A stretch of DNA of 64,000 nucleotides, taken from NCBI RefSeq assembly GCF_036321535.1, contig NC_087437.1:8308001-8372000 (forward strand), given 5' to 3'. The notes under the pieces were generated by a model, which was not told the DNA's origin, ran no database searches, and was given only the letters and a program-made list of their open reading frames with translations. Numbering within the stretch: the stretch's first letter is position 1; each line of letters begins with the position of its first letter. The position numbers and the translations under genes are program-made. Origin of the DNA: Camelus dromedarius (Eukaryota). Below are positions 12,818 through 25,140 of this stretch, piece by piece.

Positions 12818-12953
12818 GGGGTGGGGGTATAGCTCAGTGGTAGAGTGTGTGCTTAGCATGCAGGAGGTCCTGGGTCCAAACCCAGTATCTCCATTAAAAA
12901 AAAAAAAGCTAATTACCTGCCCCCTCCAAAAAAAACAAAACAAAACAAATAAC
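12818..12953 (+). mobile_element. tRNA-derived SINE (Vic-1-like)
   Basis: ggggtatagctcagtggtagagtgtgtgcttagcatg...; flanking cttgagtaaatg duplicated. Confidence 0.92.
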
Positions 12954-13115
12954 GACTTGAGTCTTGAGTAAATGCGTAGGTTGTTTTGTTGAGCTGATTT
13001 AAAACTTAGGAAGCAGAAGTACGCAATATCCTTGGGAGGTGGAAAATGAAGCTGCGCTTTGTACAAAGTATGCTTGAGATCCTTTATAAATACGTAAGTG
13101 GATATATCAGGTAGT

Positions 13116-13118
<3 letters not shown>

Positions 13119-13208
<90 letters not shown>
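13119..13208. repeat. (TG)45 perfect microsatellite in SGO1 intron 3
   Basis: 90 bp of uninterrupted TG. Confidence 0.99.
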
Positions 13209-13211
<3 letters not shown>

Positions 13212-15822
13212 CTTGTGCTACAAATTTGGAAGTCACTAGCAGGCAAACAATATTTAAATCTATGGGAGAGAATAAGATGGGTCTAGAACAATTGACGGTT
13301 ACAAGCAAAGACGTGAGTAAAACAGAGGGACATGAACAGCCAGAAAGGTAAACAAGAGAGTAAGATGGTGAGAAAGCTAAGAGATCAAATTATTTTGAGT
13401 AGAGTAATCCCTGTGTTATAAAGTACTTCAAGGCCAACAAGAAAGAGATGTGACCACGGAAAGTGGTAACATGGAGGTTTTGGGGACCTTGACACACAGT
13501 GACAACAGAATGGTAGGGAAAAAAGCCTGATAAGAGTGAGTCCAAATGGAAGTGGAGACGTGAAGACAGGAAGTCCACTGTTCTCTCTGGCAATGTTCCG
13601 CTGTGAATGGAAGCAGAGACTGGGGAGACAGAGGGGACTGGGAGCAGGAGAGGATGCGTTTATTTTCTCCTCCTAAGGTGAGAGCCACTGAAGTGCATCT
13701 GTAGCAGCGAGAATGATTCAGCAGAGGGAGATACATCTTGGAAGCAGGTGCAGACTCCCAGGAGCAAAGTCCTAGAGGAGATGAGAGGAGGGAACCTAGT
13801 GCACAAGGGGAGGGTTGGCTTTCGACGGAAGCAGGGACACCTCTGCCAACAGAGCCAGAGGAAGGACGGGTACTCAGTGTAGACACGGGCAGACATGTGG
13901 AGCTGTGCTAGGAAGACCAGAGGTGCAGTCTAATTCCTTAAAAGCCATTCTAATTCAGTTCAGTTGCTTTTTGAAATTTGATGCACATATACTATGTAGA
14001 CATTAGAAATAGGTTAGTACTGTTCAACAGAGACAAAACAACTAGATATTTAATGCTGTTAAAAGTTTTAAATTTAGAATCAATATAGCTAATGTTCTAA
14101 AACTATTATTATCACTGAAGGTAAATAAAGGAGAATAATTAATGATAGAGTGATACAAAAATTATTTAAAAGATCCATCATAAAATGAAGGGAACAAAAG
14201 GCTATTAGAAGTTACATTCTGATTAATCCTTATAAGTTAATTATTAGTAGGTAAGAAAAACATTTTTCTTATTAAAGCATTTTAAGCTTTTCCATCACTG
14301 CTAAATTGACTTGATAAACACAGACACACAACTGCTGAATGATGGTTGAGATTGTTTGACACACTCAACAGGAAGCAGAAAACACAATTTGATGTTTTAA
14401 ATGCTAAGAATGCTTTCACCCAGCAACTAACACTTTATTTAATCAACACTCAAAAATCATTGATAAATGTCCAAATGCCGACAAAAACTGAATATTTTCA
14501 CCAGTTTTTCTGATTATCTCATTGAGTACTCATGTCACACTATTCTGTGTGATTTCAGCAAAAATGTGAAAAGGGAGAAGATTCAAATGTCTTTGGGGAA
14601 ATTTTTTTCCTCACTAGTTGACCAAACAATGAAAAAAAAAATTAGGAAAGATTACATTCTGAAGGGGGAAAAGAAATTAAAAATAATCTGACCTTCACAT
14701 GAAGTTAAAAAAAAAATCACGTCTAATCTTAATAGACAATTCTCTACATTACATATGTATATATGGCATGTGTGTATTATATATGGGACTCCACACACAT
14801 ACATGCATTCTGTATATCATACAGAGAAACAGCACGGGATCACCTTAGTTGCACGGAAGCAAAAAGTCTTTCACTGACTCCTCCTGTCCATGGAGAGGTG
14901 ACTTGATTTCCTTTCTCGAGTCCACACCCTCTGCCTCATCACTATGCTCTGGCTTCCTTTCCTGGCCTAGGTGCCAACACAACGAATGGTCTGCACTGGC
15001 GTGGCAAACAGACGGACAGCCAGGAAGGAAGTAGACTGTCCAGGTAACGCCTGACACTCCCCACTGCTTCTTCCTTCCTCTGCTCCAGGCAGTGACCCTG
15101 GCAGTGGCTTCCGGGAAAAGGAGAGAGGGGACCCTGGCTCATCACTGCTCTCCCAGGGATTACATGCAACGAGACAAAGAGAAGACTGTAAATTAAACTA
15201 TCTCCATGCCCATTATAGTTTGGCTGGCTGGTCTAGACATCCCTGGACACACAAAGAATAGACTGAAATGTGGATAGCAAAATGTTCAGGATATCCTTGT
15301 TTGGGGGTTAATGGAGAGCCGTCCTTATTTAGCAAACTGGGAGGTAACAGTGATTCTCTGCAAAGCACTTAAATACTTCCCATCTCCCCAAGAAGGCAGT
15401 CATTACAAAACCCCACTGGATGGAACAAAAGCTGCTCTCAGCTCTATAGCACTTCAGGACCAGTCTTGCTTCCACTACCGCTCTCAGACCTTCAGCTTAG
15501 CTGCCCTGCCTTTGACTCACTTCGCTGACCACTCAAAGGGACCAACTGTGCAAAAGACTAAGCTGCTTCTTCTGTACCCTGTCTTGCTGCCTGCTTTCAG
15601 AAGTGAGTTGTGCAAGTCCAAGCCTCCATCACCTCCTTGCCGGAAACCTTCCCAGCTGGCCACACACAACAACTGTGCTGGTGCCCTGGCGACAGATGTG
15701 CCGATGAAGTCACTGATAACAGAGCTGCCGATAATTAATTTAAAAAACACAATTGATCTAAACTACTAATTCATGGCTTTAACATTTTTTCCTAAGAACT
15801 TCAGCCCTTGTGATGAAAATAC

Positions 15823-16019
15823 CTGGGCACGTTCTTCCGCTCCTTGTGAAGTCAGTTTTCCTCTCAACGTGTACAGCTCGCACGTGAGGTAGTAACACTC
15901 CCTCCTCAGCTGAAAGATGATATCCTGGGCTTCTCTCACTTTGCACTTCTCATTTTCCAAAGCTAAGACTAACATTCTGTTGTTGTCTTGGTAGTTTCTC
16001 AGCAGTGTAGAAGTGTTGG
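15823..16019 (-). CDS. SGO1: SGO1 exon 3 (coiled coil; [24 protein letters not shown]...)
   Basis: CTTTCAG| acceptor, CAG|GTATTT donor; 197 nt; ORF 15766..15975. Confidence 0.97.
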
Positions 16020-16102
16020 CTGAAAGAGGATAAAAAATGTTTTGTTAGTTATTAAATGTAACCATAAAAAGTGATGGAAAGGACAACACCAAGGCCTCTT
16101 AC

Positions 16103-16244
16103 TGATGATCTGGCCTGGCGCGGCTATCAGAGACTTCCGTTTGCCAATCTCTGCCAAGTTTTTACTCCTTTTCTCCTTCATGCGTTTCTTTATGTCTTCA
16201 AGACTATCTTGAAAGGACTTTTTAAGGCATCTTTCCTTGGCCAT
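16103..16244 (-). CDS. SGO1: SGO1 exon 2 coding part ([26 protein letters not shown]...)
   Basis: ATG at 16244 in context AAGATGG. Exon starts at 16251 after CCTAG|; donor |GTAAGA; 142 coding nt; 83-bp intron 2. Confidence 0.97.
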
Positions 16245-17508
16245 CTTCTGCCTAGGAATTTAAAACAATAAAAATATTTAATTTTCCTACGAGATGATGT
16301 CATCAAATATAAAACATGATTGAAAACACACAGTGTTCATAAAAGTGGATTAAATAGAGACTTAGTAACTGTAGAATTAGCTCAAAGTAGACAGCTAACC
16401 TGGTCATTACCTAGACTTTGCAGCTTATAAATCTCATTAATATTTTTGGCATAATTTTATCCTCCTTGGGTACTTTACAGGGACGGTTTAATAAATACAG
16501 ATTTCCAGCCCAAAGACTCTGTAATATGCCACTTAATTATTCTTTAACAGATACTCATTGGGGGCTTAGTATGTATGAGGCACTATGGAAATGCTTAATA
16601 TATTTGATGTTTTCACTATGTTTCTGACGACAATACTTACGGCCCACTTTTAATGTTTATTATGCTTACAGTGTTAGTTCAGAGGCAATCATGTATCTGG
16701 GCTTTGCTTTCCAGTTACTTAACATAGGCACACTCTCAAGAGAGTCAGGTGATCTTCAGAGGTTTAGTCATACTATGTAGCACTATATACAATTTTACTA
16801 GGCTGTTATTAGCAATCATTGAGTTAGAAAAAGCAGGGACTGGGGCAGAGGAACACGCCAGTTTCTCAAAATTATTTCTAAACTCGGAGCAGCTAACTCC
16901 CAGTAAATCATGAGTACAGCAAACAAGACGCTGTATAAGTACTATTCTACATACAGTTCAAAGTACCAAACCTCACATCAGTGGACTATGCTATTGAGTA
17001 TATTAATACCTAAGCATCCTTAAATCTTTCAATGCTGCAAATCACACGTGGGGTATTTTGCTACTAAGCATGTCAAACTACTTTTCATGAACATCTTTTG
17101 CTGTTAGAGTGTACTTTGCAGATCTTAAAACTGCAAAAAAAAAAAAAAATCTTGACATACATGTTTTTCACTATAAAGGATACCTTCATCTCCTCTAAGT
17201 TAGTCAAGTATTTTCCTGAACCTTACATTTTCTTGAAAACTTTCTCCAAGCCTTCCTTATTTTCCTCTGGGGTCTTAAATAGAGATGTTACAGATTTCAC
17301 GTAAATATTTTCTTTCTGCCGATACAGATACAATATATACTGGGATGTTTCCAGTAGAGCAAGCACAACATTTTTTTAAAAAGCACTAACGTTAAAGGGG
17401 TTGCATAAAATATCCTACCACAATTAAGTTTTTGGAGTGCGAACCTGGAGATGTTTGAGAGCCAGACAGATAGGTAACTGACCAAGTTAGTCTAGTTAAG
17501 GTATTTTA

Positions 17509-17671
17509 TTTTTTAATATTTTATTTAGTTACTGTGTTATTTAATTGTTTCATTTTGGCGAGGGTGGTAGGCAATTAGGTTTTATTTATTTTTAGAGGAG
17601 GTACTGGGGATTGAATCCAGGACCCCCTGCATGCTAAACATGCACTCTACCACTTGAGCTATAACCTCCTC
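17509..17671 (-). mobile_element. tRNA-derived SINE in SGO1 intron 1
   Basis: TSD gttaaggtatttta at 17495-17508 and 17672-17685. Confidence 0.93.
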
Positions 17672-17979
17672 GTTAAGGTATTTTAAAAGCAAAGCTTATC
17701 TAAAAAAAAACTTTCGTCATTACATGCGATCAAATTAAAACTACAAAAGAAATCTGCCGTATGAGAAGTTTCATTCCAGTCCAGGTCGATGGTGTTAAAA
17801 GGGGGTGTGACGGAGAGAACAAACGAAAACAGCGCGGGATGGCAGTCTCAACCAGTACAGCATTAGGGGAAGGGGTCTGGATTCAAAAGAACCTAGTATA
17901 TTTGATCTCCGTCATAATTCTTTCAACATTCCTGGTGCTGAGGCAGCCAGGTAGGACAATGGCCCCTGCCAGCTTCTCC

Positions 17980-18965
17980 GGGGTAAGAGAAGCAGCAAAA
18001 GAAAAGGCCGTCAACGGTACCGCGCTGCACAAAAAACAGCTGCGGGTTTGCGTGCCCTCACGTCGAGCCTGGCTTTTAACTACCGCAAACGCTTTACTTA
18101 CACATCACAAGTCACACAAGTCCGCAAGGCGGGAGGTGCGGGTCCCCACTTAGCAGAAAACTGGAGCAGCGGAAAGCGCAGGTCGGGCGGCTCAGCAGAG
18201 GGGGTCGACTCCGCAGCCTGAGCTTTTGGCCACCGAACTCAGCGCGACAGAGAGACCCGAGGGAAGGGGAACGCGGGTCACGACGCCCCGGTTCCACGTC
18301 CGAGAACCCTGCGGCCTCCTCTTTCTCCGAGACAGCGGAGCGGAGGGGCAGGGGCCGCCGGAAGAGGGTCGGAGACCCGCCTCCCGAGGGGACGTCCCCA
18401 CCGTACCTCGGCCACCGCTTCTGCCACGGCTGTCGCCCTCCTCCTCACATCCCAAGGCTCCGCGAGGCAGTCCGGCCGTGCGCGCCCCGACCTCCGGGGC
18501 CTCGGGTTCGCAGGCACAGTGTCTGGCCGCCCGCCGACTGCCGCCGCCACATTCGAAATTCTCCACCGCGCTCTCCCATTGGCTGGCTCGGAGCGGTCAC
18601 GTGGCGCGACGGCGCCGCCCCCGGACGGGCGCCTCACGTGACGCACTCTCACGGAGACTCCACATCCGGGCATCCGCCCCGCCCTCTGAGGGGCGGGGCT
18701 ATTTGTCAGGCGGCGTCAAGCCCGCCGCCCTTCACCCGTGAGTCGGTGGTTTTTACGGGGTGGAGCCGCTCCAGCACCTGTAAGCGGGGAGTATTTGGGG
18801 GCGTTCAAACACTTCCTGTGTGTTTAGTCAGCCCGCTGGCAGCCTTCGAGCTTGTGCGCAAGGGCTCCCTCTTGTGAAAAGAATCTTCTTGGTTGGCTGC
18901 CCGCCCAGTCCACTTGCAGCACGGAAGCCGCTGAAGGGCTGTTCCAGCCAAAACAGGGGGCGGGT
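17980..18965 (-). promoter_or_regulatory. SGO1: CpG-island promoter of SGO1
   Basis: High GC and CpG density. CCAAT (minus) 18578-18582, CHR-like TTCGAA 18552-18557, CACGTG at 18598-18603 and 18635-18640, several GC boxes. Confidence 0.9.
18407..18550 (-). other. SGO1: SGO1 non-coding exon 1 (TSS approximate)
   Basis: Donor GAG|GTACGG at 18406/18407 inside the CpG island; resembles the recalled human SGO1 5' UTR (...GCAGAAGTAGTGGCCAAG). Confidence 0.75.
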
Positions 18966-19399
18966 TTTGGATTAACGGGATTTTCTTAGGGAAGTTGCCG
19001 AGACCTGAAATAGTCAGCTCTAGGTTCTTTCTCTTTGCCCCGCTAGCTCTGGCTCTTTAACCCTCGGGAAGTGGCACCAGCATCCCTCCCATTACATGCC
19101 CAGAAACCTGGGGAATCTTCCATAATGATTCTTTATTCTCCCTTGGATTTTCCACGTCCAGTCAGTCACCTAGTCTTGTCAGTTCTACTAAGTATTTTTC
19201 AAATCCAAATCCCAGTATTTCCCTCACCGTCCCCAATCCAGGCAACTATCCAGTCTCGTTCTATGAACTGCACCGGTACCTACTCTTGACTACATACTCC
19301 ACCCCCTGATGTTTTTTAGAGTGAGTTTGACAAAGCAAATATGATTGAATAGGAAGCTCTTAAATGGCTCCCTCTGCATTTAAAATGAAGTTCCAGATG

Positions 19400-19616
19400 C
19401 GCACTACTACATACTAAGCAGATAAACAAAGACCCACTGTATAGCACAGAGAACTATACTCAGTATCTTGTAATAATGTATAATGGAAAAGAATCCGAAA
19501 AAGAATATATACATTTATCTGAATCACTTTGTTTAATACACCTGAAACTAACACAGCATTGTAAATCATTTATACCTCAGTTAAGAAATGTATTATGAAT
19601 TTAAAAAAAAAAAAAG
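19400..19616 (+). mobile_element. 5'-truncated L1 3' end
   Basis: ctgtatagcacagagaactatactcagtatcttgtaataa... followed by an A-tail. Confidence 0.85.
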
Positions 19617-20155
19617 ACTGAAATTCACGCTCCTTTTAAGTGTTTGGCCCTTAAAGAACCCCATGATTCCTGGGTCCACCTCTTCTGAATTTGCTTTCAT
19701 TTGCTTGCAATTCCTCCTGCTGTTTTTGGCCATGCAGAAGGGTAGGAACTATATCTGCCTGTTTATAGTTAAATCTTCAAGGTCTGTTTAGCGTTTTAAA
19801 GTAAGTCGATAAATATTCACTGGGACCATAAGAGAATGAATAAATGACACATGAATTTGAATTTAGGCATTCAATTTATTATGAAGTTTTTTGTTTTTTG
19901 TTTTTTTAAAGGGTACATTTACATCTCCCTAGACTAGGCCTCATTTCCCACCTTCCTGGTTTAAGTGGAAGAGGTTAGAACAGCTGTCTCCAGCTAATAA
20001 CAGCATTTTCCAAGTGTCACCCACCAGCTCCTCTCCATGAGTCCTCAGTTTACCGCCACCAGGCAGCATGGCTCATCTGTGCAGAAGCATTAAGAGGGAA
20101 GAAGAGAGGTTCTCTTATGGCTTGAGGCCAGAGGGTATGAAGTGGATGGTGACAG

Positions 20156-20480
20156 CAGGGCTGGCCACATGGACATGTGACCTGTGCTTAGAAAGTCCCT
20201 GCACTTGGTTTCATGCTCTGCTCTTGCCATCTTGAAATGCTTAATAATTTATCTTTGAGCTTGTGAATTGTAAGTGAAGTCTGATGAGACACATGGAATA
20301 TATGTGTCCATCCATGTCTCTTGCTGCCCCATTGCCATACAGTGTTCAGGGTACTCACTAAATGGCTTCTGTGACACACTGTCCTTGTCCTCAGGGCCCC
20401 ATACTCAGAAGGGCTTCATATTTGGTTTGATGCTCTGCTGCTGTCTTAAAAGTCTTACCAATTTTATCTTTGAACTTGTC
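20156..20480. mobile_element. Two tandem MER91-like (hAT-Tip100) fragments
   Basis: Both contain ttggtttnatgctctgct...tcttnaaa...ttatctttgancttgt. Confidence 0.6.
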
Positions 20481-22019
20481 TACTCACTTTGAATCTCACT
20501 GAACTTTCATGCTTCTTAGCCTAAAGACTTAAAAATATCTAGTCTGGGATTCTTTATTACCAATTTTAAGAAACTGGAATTGACCCTTTGGAGCAAATAA
20601 GTCCCCTTGGATATTAGCGACACTTTAACTCAAATATTGTATTTTATTTTTATGAAGTTTAAAAAAATTTTTTGTTGAGGGTGGACGTAATTAGGTTTAT
20701 TTATTTAAGATAGAACAACATACACTCACACACATGCACTCAACAGATGAGTAGAACAAGAAAACTGAGGAAATCTCATTAAGAATGTTGGACTGTATCA
20801 ATGTCAACATCCTGGATGTGATATTATCCTGCAGTTTTGCTAAATGTTACCATTGGGGTAAACTGGCCAAAATGTACGAGGGACTGCTGTATAATTTCTT
20901 ACAACTACACAAGAATCTAAAATTTTCTCAATGCAAATTTCAATAAAAAATACTAATCTGTAGAAATTGCTGCTTTTTCCTTTCTTGCCCAATTAGTGGT
21001 AGTCAACTTTTAATTTTCTTTCCTTTTTGTATCTAAAAGAAGGGAACATAATAGCAATTATTGCCAGGTGAACTGAGAGCATTATCTGGGTATAGGTAAT
21101 TCTTGTCTTTTTAAAACTAAGCAGTAGGCATATAAGAGTTTTAGTGTAATTTTACATACATTCCTGTTTCAACACGTAGTTTTTTTTTTTTTTTTGATTC
21201 TTTTTTTTTTATTGAAGTATAGTCAGTTTACAATGTGAGTTTCAGGTGTACAGCATAGTGATTCAGTTACACCATATACATACATACATATATTTTTTCA
21301 GATTCTTTCCCATTACAGCTCATTATGTAGTATTGATTTTGATTTCCACCAAATGCTTAATCATAATGACATAGGTAAGTGAAAATTTGGTGACTAGGAA
21401 TAATTTTGGGGGGGGACAAAACTTTTAAAAATATATCCTCAAGTTGGAGTATAGTATATTTAATACACAAGTAAATAAAAGCAGAGGTGATCAAATTACC
21501 TCTTGAAATTTTAAAATCAGATCTTGTCTGAACAATTTTATTTTTGCTAAGCTTTAATCTTTCTTTTTTTAAAGGACAACTGTTGTCAATAGGCAATTAG
21601 CTGCTTTCTTGAATATAATGAGAAAGCCATCACAGACCACATGAATGTAAATCATTATTATAAATACAAGGCAAAAGGGCACAGTAATCCTTTGTGGCTT
21701 TATTTGTTGAAAGAGGAGACTATTAGCTTGAATTCTGTCATCCCATCTACTTACTTTACTGTGTTCTTGAAACACTGTTCATAAAACTTCTTAGGTGACA
21801 AGTTGAGCATTAAATGGAATGTTAATGGCAAATTATTTGCAAATGTCTATCTTAAGTTTTTTTTCTTAAATGAATTAGAATTTACCATGAAATGTAAGTC
21901 TTGTTTTTCAAGAATTTTCTTTTACTTTTCTTTAATCCCGGTCTCTAACATTAGAAAAGTTTGTTTTTGCCCTTTGATAATTTCTAAATACAAGTTGAGT
22001 TAAAAGATTGTTCCAAAAT

Positions 22020-23655
22020 CTGCTGGATATTGTTCTGCAGGTGGTTGACTGTGGCCACCAGGATGTTGGAGAGACTCATAACCTGGGTACACTGGGTGAG
22101 GCCAAAGGGTGAAGGGCTCATTTTAGCAGGCTTGTACCAGGCCGGTGTGCAGTCCTGCCCAAGTGCCCGTAGGGCTGGGACTGACCTGGTGCAGGCAGAG
22201 GAAAAGCAGGCAGGATGTAGACTTGTGGATGTAGTGTGTGTTGAAGTACTCTGGAATTGGGCTGGTCATGTGATGTAAGTATTCAAAAGGAAGAGGGCTT
22301 GGACCTCAGTGATGGATATGGACTGGTCTCTGCTATGACATGGTTGTTCCCTCCTCCACTGGTGTCTAGGCCATCTGCCAGGCTTGAAGATGAGGCGCTG
22401 TCTGTGTATCAAACGCTTTAGCTAAGATATCAAAGCCCGAGTAATCTCACCTGCAGGTTGGTCCTTTGGCGGTACTTCTGAAGCATCACCACTGTTAAGG
22501 GATTCACGGAGATTCGTAAGGGAGGCTACTACATTTGCCAGCGTGCCCAGAGCTGGCTTGTTTCAGCCTTAGAATACATGGTCCGAAGAGGGGTACCGTC
22601 CTCATGTGTGACAGAAAGGCTGCTGGATGTTCACAGCCTCTGGGATTCAGACCTGTTTGTCTTGTTCCATCTTCATCTGCCACAAATGCAGGAGTGGCTC
22701 TCAGAGGATTTCTCAGATCCTGGATAAAGATTTTCTCAGCTGAAGCAGCACAGTTGCTTGGTTTCTCCCTTTGCACATCAAAGGGCTTTCATTCCCTCTG
22801 TCCAGAGTCCATTTTCATGCCAACCACTAAGCTTTTTTCCACTGGGCAAAACTGATGGTGGTTCTGGTGGGGGTTATTGATGCCATCCTGGTTGCTCTGA
22901 CGCTGTAGATCACACTTTTCCTAATGCTCCTTTGCAATGTTCACCACTACCAATCTCCGAGTACTGGCCAGAGGCTTTGTTGCCACAGACCACACAGTGT
23001 TCTACCACCTGGGGCCGCTGGACCTGGACCTTCTGCAGGAAACGCTTCACAGAAGCAGAGTCTCTGACGATTGGAGCCTGCCAGGCATGAGGTTGCCCGA
23101 GGCAGTGAGTGTGAGCTGCTTGGCCCAGGAGGTCTCCAGCAGCAGGATCACCTGAGTTCCAGCTCCATCTGGGCTGGTCAAGATGACCTGCTGCTCTGCA
23201 GATCCGGAGGTGTCCATTTCTGTGACTGCATCTTCTGTCCTGTTTGCTGTGTGTCACAACCTGAGTGCACTGAGCTGAGGCCACCACAGAGTTGCGGAGA
23301 TGATTTGGATGTGTGGGGAGAAGCTGGTCAACCCTAGAGATTCCGCCCAGAGATCTGTGTCCATGGTCCCTCGTTTACCTGCTGGGTCCCCACTGTGTGC
23401 TGAACCAGCTGCTCTATATTTGCAGCAGTGAGGAAGCAAGATCATTAGGGAACCTCAGGATTTGGCACCCCAGCTGCCTGGAAGTAGGTACAGTGTCTGC
23501 AGTGCGGGGGTGGAGCCCACCTCCTCATCTGAGAACGGAGGGGCCGAGATGCAGGCAAGAGACTGGGCCCCGAGATTGGGGGTGGGGATTGGTCCTGAGG
23601 ATGGGTGACCGGTGGTGAAAAGTCAGGGTTCCTGACCCTCATGCAGCCGCCACCC
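22020..23655 (-). pseudogene. NR2C2: Processed pseudogene of nuclear receptor NR2C2 (TR4), 3'-truncated within the ligand-binding domain
   Basis: Intronless, colinear TR4 peptides: LTSFSPHIQIIS (MTSPSPRIQIIS, ATG changed to TTG at 23329-23331), QRPQVVEHCVVCGNKASG, QREKPSNCAASAEKIFI, VMSLSNILVATVNHLQNNIQ. Frameshifts, stops and lost zinc-finger cysteines; 5' UTR-like GC-rich leader to ~23655. Confidence 0.93.
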
Positions 23656-24061
23656 AAGCTTCTTTATTTTCCCAAGGTTGGAAAAATTACTTTATGAAGA
23701 CTTAAGAAGTACTGAGTATAATTAACTGTAGTCCAGAGTTAGATGCAATTGGATAATAGTTCAATTCCAAGATACAGGTTGTAGGTGAGACTGTGAAATT
23801 TCCTGACCCTTCATTTTAATATGTTGTGCTAATTACCTAAAATAACTCAGATGAACTAATATTTACAGTTGATGGAGTATTTATGAAAAATGTGGCCCCA
23901 AGTATTGTGCATGTCTATGTATGCGTGTGTGTATGTGTGTTTATATACAGTTGATATGAACTAGGAAATGAATGTTTCAGAACCTGATGTTTTCCTCAGG
24001 ACTGAAGTCAAAATTGACTGAAGTCAAAACTGACATGGAAAAGGAAAAAGAAACAATGTGA

Positions 24062-25140
24062 ATGTGGGGCGGAGCAACCTGGCCCTGCTCACCTACGATG
24101 TGCGTAGTGAAGGTGCCAATGGATAACCCAGTGTTTATCCAGAAAAACATGTGCATGAGTGATTCCAGCTGTGATGCCCTGCATCGCTGGCCGGCGGCTG
24201 TACCTGCGGCCAGATGTGGACAATTATTGGGTGTTCTGGGACTTTGTTGCCTACTTGGTGGCTTGATCTGCAAGCATTTTAAAATAACCACTAACAACAT
24301 CCAGTCCTGGATTACCAGGCCCTTCACCAAGAGCTGGGCGGACTGAGAAGACTGTGGACAAACTGATGTGGAAAGTGTAACAATTTTAACTCATCGAATC
24401 ATACTGCTTGTGAGATAATAAACAATCTTATGGTTACTGGGGAAAGGGGGTGGGAAGGGATAAATTTGGGGGTTTGAGATCTGCAAATGTTGGCCACTAT
24501 AAATAAAAACAGATAAAAAAAAGTTTCTTCTGTATAGCACAGGGAACTACATTCAATATCTTGTAATAAACTTTAATGAAAACGAATATATGTATGTATA
24601 TGCATGACTGGGACATTGTGCTGTACACCAGAAATTGACACATTGTAACCGACTATACTTAAATAAAAAAAGTCATACTGCTTGTTTGTAATTATGAGGG
24701 TTTTCTGTTTGCAGCAAAAGTGGGCTTTTTAGGTGCATTCAAGATTCTTAGTTTGTCCACATCTAGTGAGAGAATTCCCTAAGGAGCTTTGATCTTGTAC
24801 GTCCATGGAGGAGTGTTCTTGAACGATTCTTGTAGTTCATTACCTGTACCTGGGGAAACTGCTGAAGACCAACTCCCTGCACATGGCTTTCTTTTTCAGC
24901 AAATTCCATGTATAGGAGAAGAGTATTCAGCAACCTTGTGTACACAGTAGGTTTGTGACTGACTTTTGGAGCACTTGGGTCGGTAGTGCTGGTAGGCACC
25001 TTTGTCAAATGGCTCTCAGTGTTTGAGGGCTGTTGCTGTAGGGAGACATGCTGCACTGATATCCAGGAACCTTATTTCAGAATTACATAAGCCCTCGCTG
25101 CAACTTGTATCATGCGCTGGTGAAATAAAATACTCAAATG
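24062..25140 (+). pseudogene. Possible retrocopy of an unidentified mRNA (coding-like 3' end plus UTR-like tail), interrupted by an L1
   Basis: GC-richer, CpG-containing, coding-like block (..[26 protein letters not shown]..; ..HPVLDYQALHQELGGLRRLWTN*) in AT-rich flanks, ending near AATAAA at ~25124. Parent gene not recognised. Confidence 0.35.
24412..24672 (+). mobile_element. 5'-truncated L1 3' end with TSD
   Basis: TSD tcatactgcttgt at 24399-24411 and 24673-24685; L1 3' UTR motifs. Confidence 0.93.

Larger units (their letters stand above)
12040..13900. mobile_element. Old L2 LINE remnant, interrupted by a SINE and a microsatellite
   Basis: cattcatttactcaacaataaatgcttactga end motif and purine-rich L2-type body. 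Confidence 0.65.

Noticed and set aside
12527..13351. ORFs with HTHT/CVCV runs (up to 239 aa)
   Set aside because: Artefacts of the (TG)45 microsatellite, SINE and L2 sequence.
14845..15770. GC-richer intronic block with a 152-aa plus-strand ORF in SGO1 intron 3
   Set aside because: No recognisable protein or convincing exon boundaries; probably old repeat or neutral sequence, not resolved.
17761..18877. Several overlapping 120-170 aa ORFs
   Set aside because: Stop-poor GC-rich CpG island; no recognisable protein.
22020..23655. Functional TR4-like retrogene
   Set aside because: Start codon mutated, multiple frameshifts and stops, zinc-finger cysteines lost.
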